Assembly (NCBI GenBank): GCA_945637225.1
Contig: CALZDE010000001.1
Span: 1 to 48,201 of the forward strand
Source: an uncultured Selenomonadaceae bacterium
Lineage (GTDB): Bacteria; Bacillota; Negativicutes; Selenomonadales; Selenomonadaceae
Length of the DNA stretch: 48,201 bases
Reading direction: 5' to 3'
This document shows positions 47,738-48,201 of the stretch, in pieces. The first letter of the stretch is position 1; each line of letters opens with the position of its first letter. The notes below the pieces were generated by a model. It had not been told where the DNA came from. It saw nothing but the letters and a program-made list of their open reading frames with translations, and did not search any database. The translations under genes and the position numbers were made by a program.

Positions 47738-48201
47738 TTAATCGACTATCCTTTGAAGCATTTCTTTATATGGAATATCCGCACTAAAAGCCTTAACTTC
47801 ATGATCCTCCCCGCCCTTAACAAATTTATGCCAATCTCCATATTCTATAGTTAGAAATTTCTCATAATACAACGGAGCGGGTATTTTTGTATTTTCAAAA
47901 TCTAACATAATACAATCTCGAAACCAATTCAAATCAAATCTTTTGTTGCCAGTTAACGTAAAAGCATATGAAACCTGAGATGATTTGCCAAAATGATTAG
48001 AACAAAATTTCTCATACTCAATTATTCTATCTTTCGTATCTAGTGAGAGATACAATTTTATAAAGTCTTTTGATAATAGGAGTTTTTTATTGTCATTTAT
48101 CGATTTCAATACGTCATTTTCAGATGTGATCATGTTTATCAAACATTTTTTTATATTGCTTATTCTATTAGATATGGCAGTACCATCTGATATATCATCA
48201 A
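47738..48201 (-). CDS. LicD-like protein, 5'-partial (reading frame open to the window edge)
   Basis: C-terminal FENTKIPAPLYYEKFLTIEYGDWHKF resembles the LicD C-terminal motif. The frame stays open upstream of the track start (..DDISDGTAISNRISNIKKCLIN-MITSEN..) to position 48199, so the gene probably begins outside the window. Confidence 0.35.
   Translation of the reverse strand, partial: DDISDGTAISNRISNIKKCLINMITSENDVLKSINDNKKLLLSKDFIKLYLSLDTKDRIIEYEKFCSNHFGKSSQVSYAFTLTGNKRFDLNWFRDCIMLDFENTKIPAPLYYEKFLTIEYGDWHKFVKGGEDHEVKAFSADIPYKEMLQRIVD

Overview
The 48.2-kb window is densely coding (about 42 genes, all but 4 on the minus strand) and looks chromosomal. It most plausibly comes from a diderm, LPS-bearing low-GC Firmicute (Negativicutes-like). 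That inference rests on ADP-heptose/heptosyltransferase/LptD genes and a secretin sitting next to Firmicute-style strong SD sites, Opp and PTS operons. Left to right: (1) an LPS inner-core heptose cluster with two HldA-type kinases, HldC, two GT9 heptosyltransferases and LptD; (2) a fruR-fruK-fruA fructose PTS operon; (3) a long minus-strand block of Fe-ADH, a 751-aa orphan protein, a cytosolic class-C-like serine hydrolase, a secreted YkuD-fold protein, oppBCDFA and an M20D-M15 fused peptidase; (4) a HAD phosphatase and a GH1 6-phospho-beta-glucosidase; (5) a tetrapyrrole operon (sirC ... hemA-hemC-cobA/hemD-hemB-hemL) interrupted, with codon-tight junctions, by an AT-rich Type III mod-res pair; (6) a PilP-like protein, a short secretin and an orphan NarL-type response regulator; (7) a MATE pump; (8) an AT-rich glycosylation island (methyltransferase-like/GT-A, TPR-GT41, CgeB-like, LicD-like) carrying a separately promoted AAA-ATPase/PD-(D/E)XK gene. 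I found no tRNA, rRNA, CRISPR array, transposase or integrase. The best candidates for something new are the R-M module embedded in the heme/B12 operon, the putative cell-wall-peptide salvage block with its fused peptidase, the 751-aa orphan, the isolated PilP-like/secretin/RR trio and the AAA-PD-(D/E)XK insert. All functional calls come from motif recognition by eye, not database searches.
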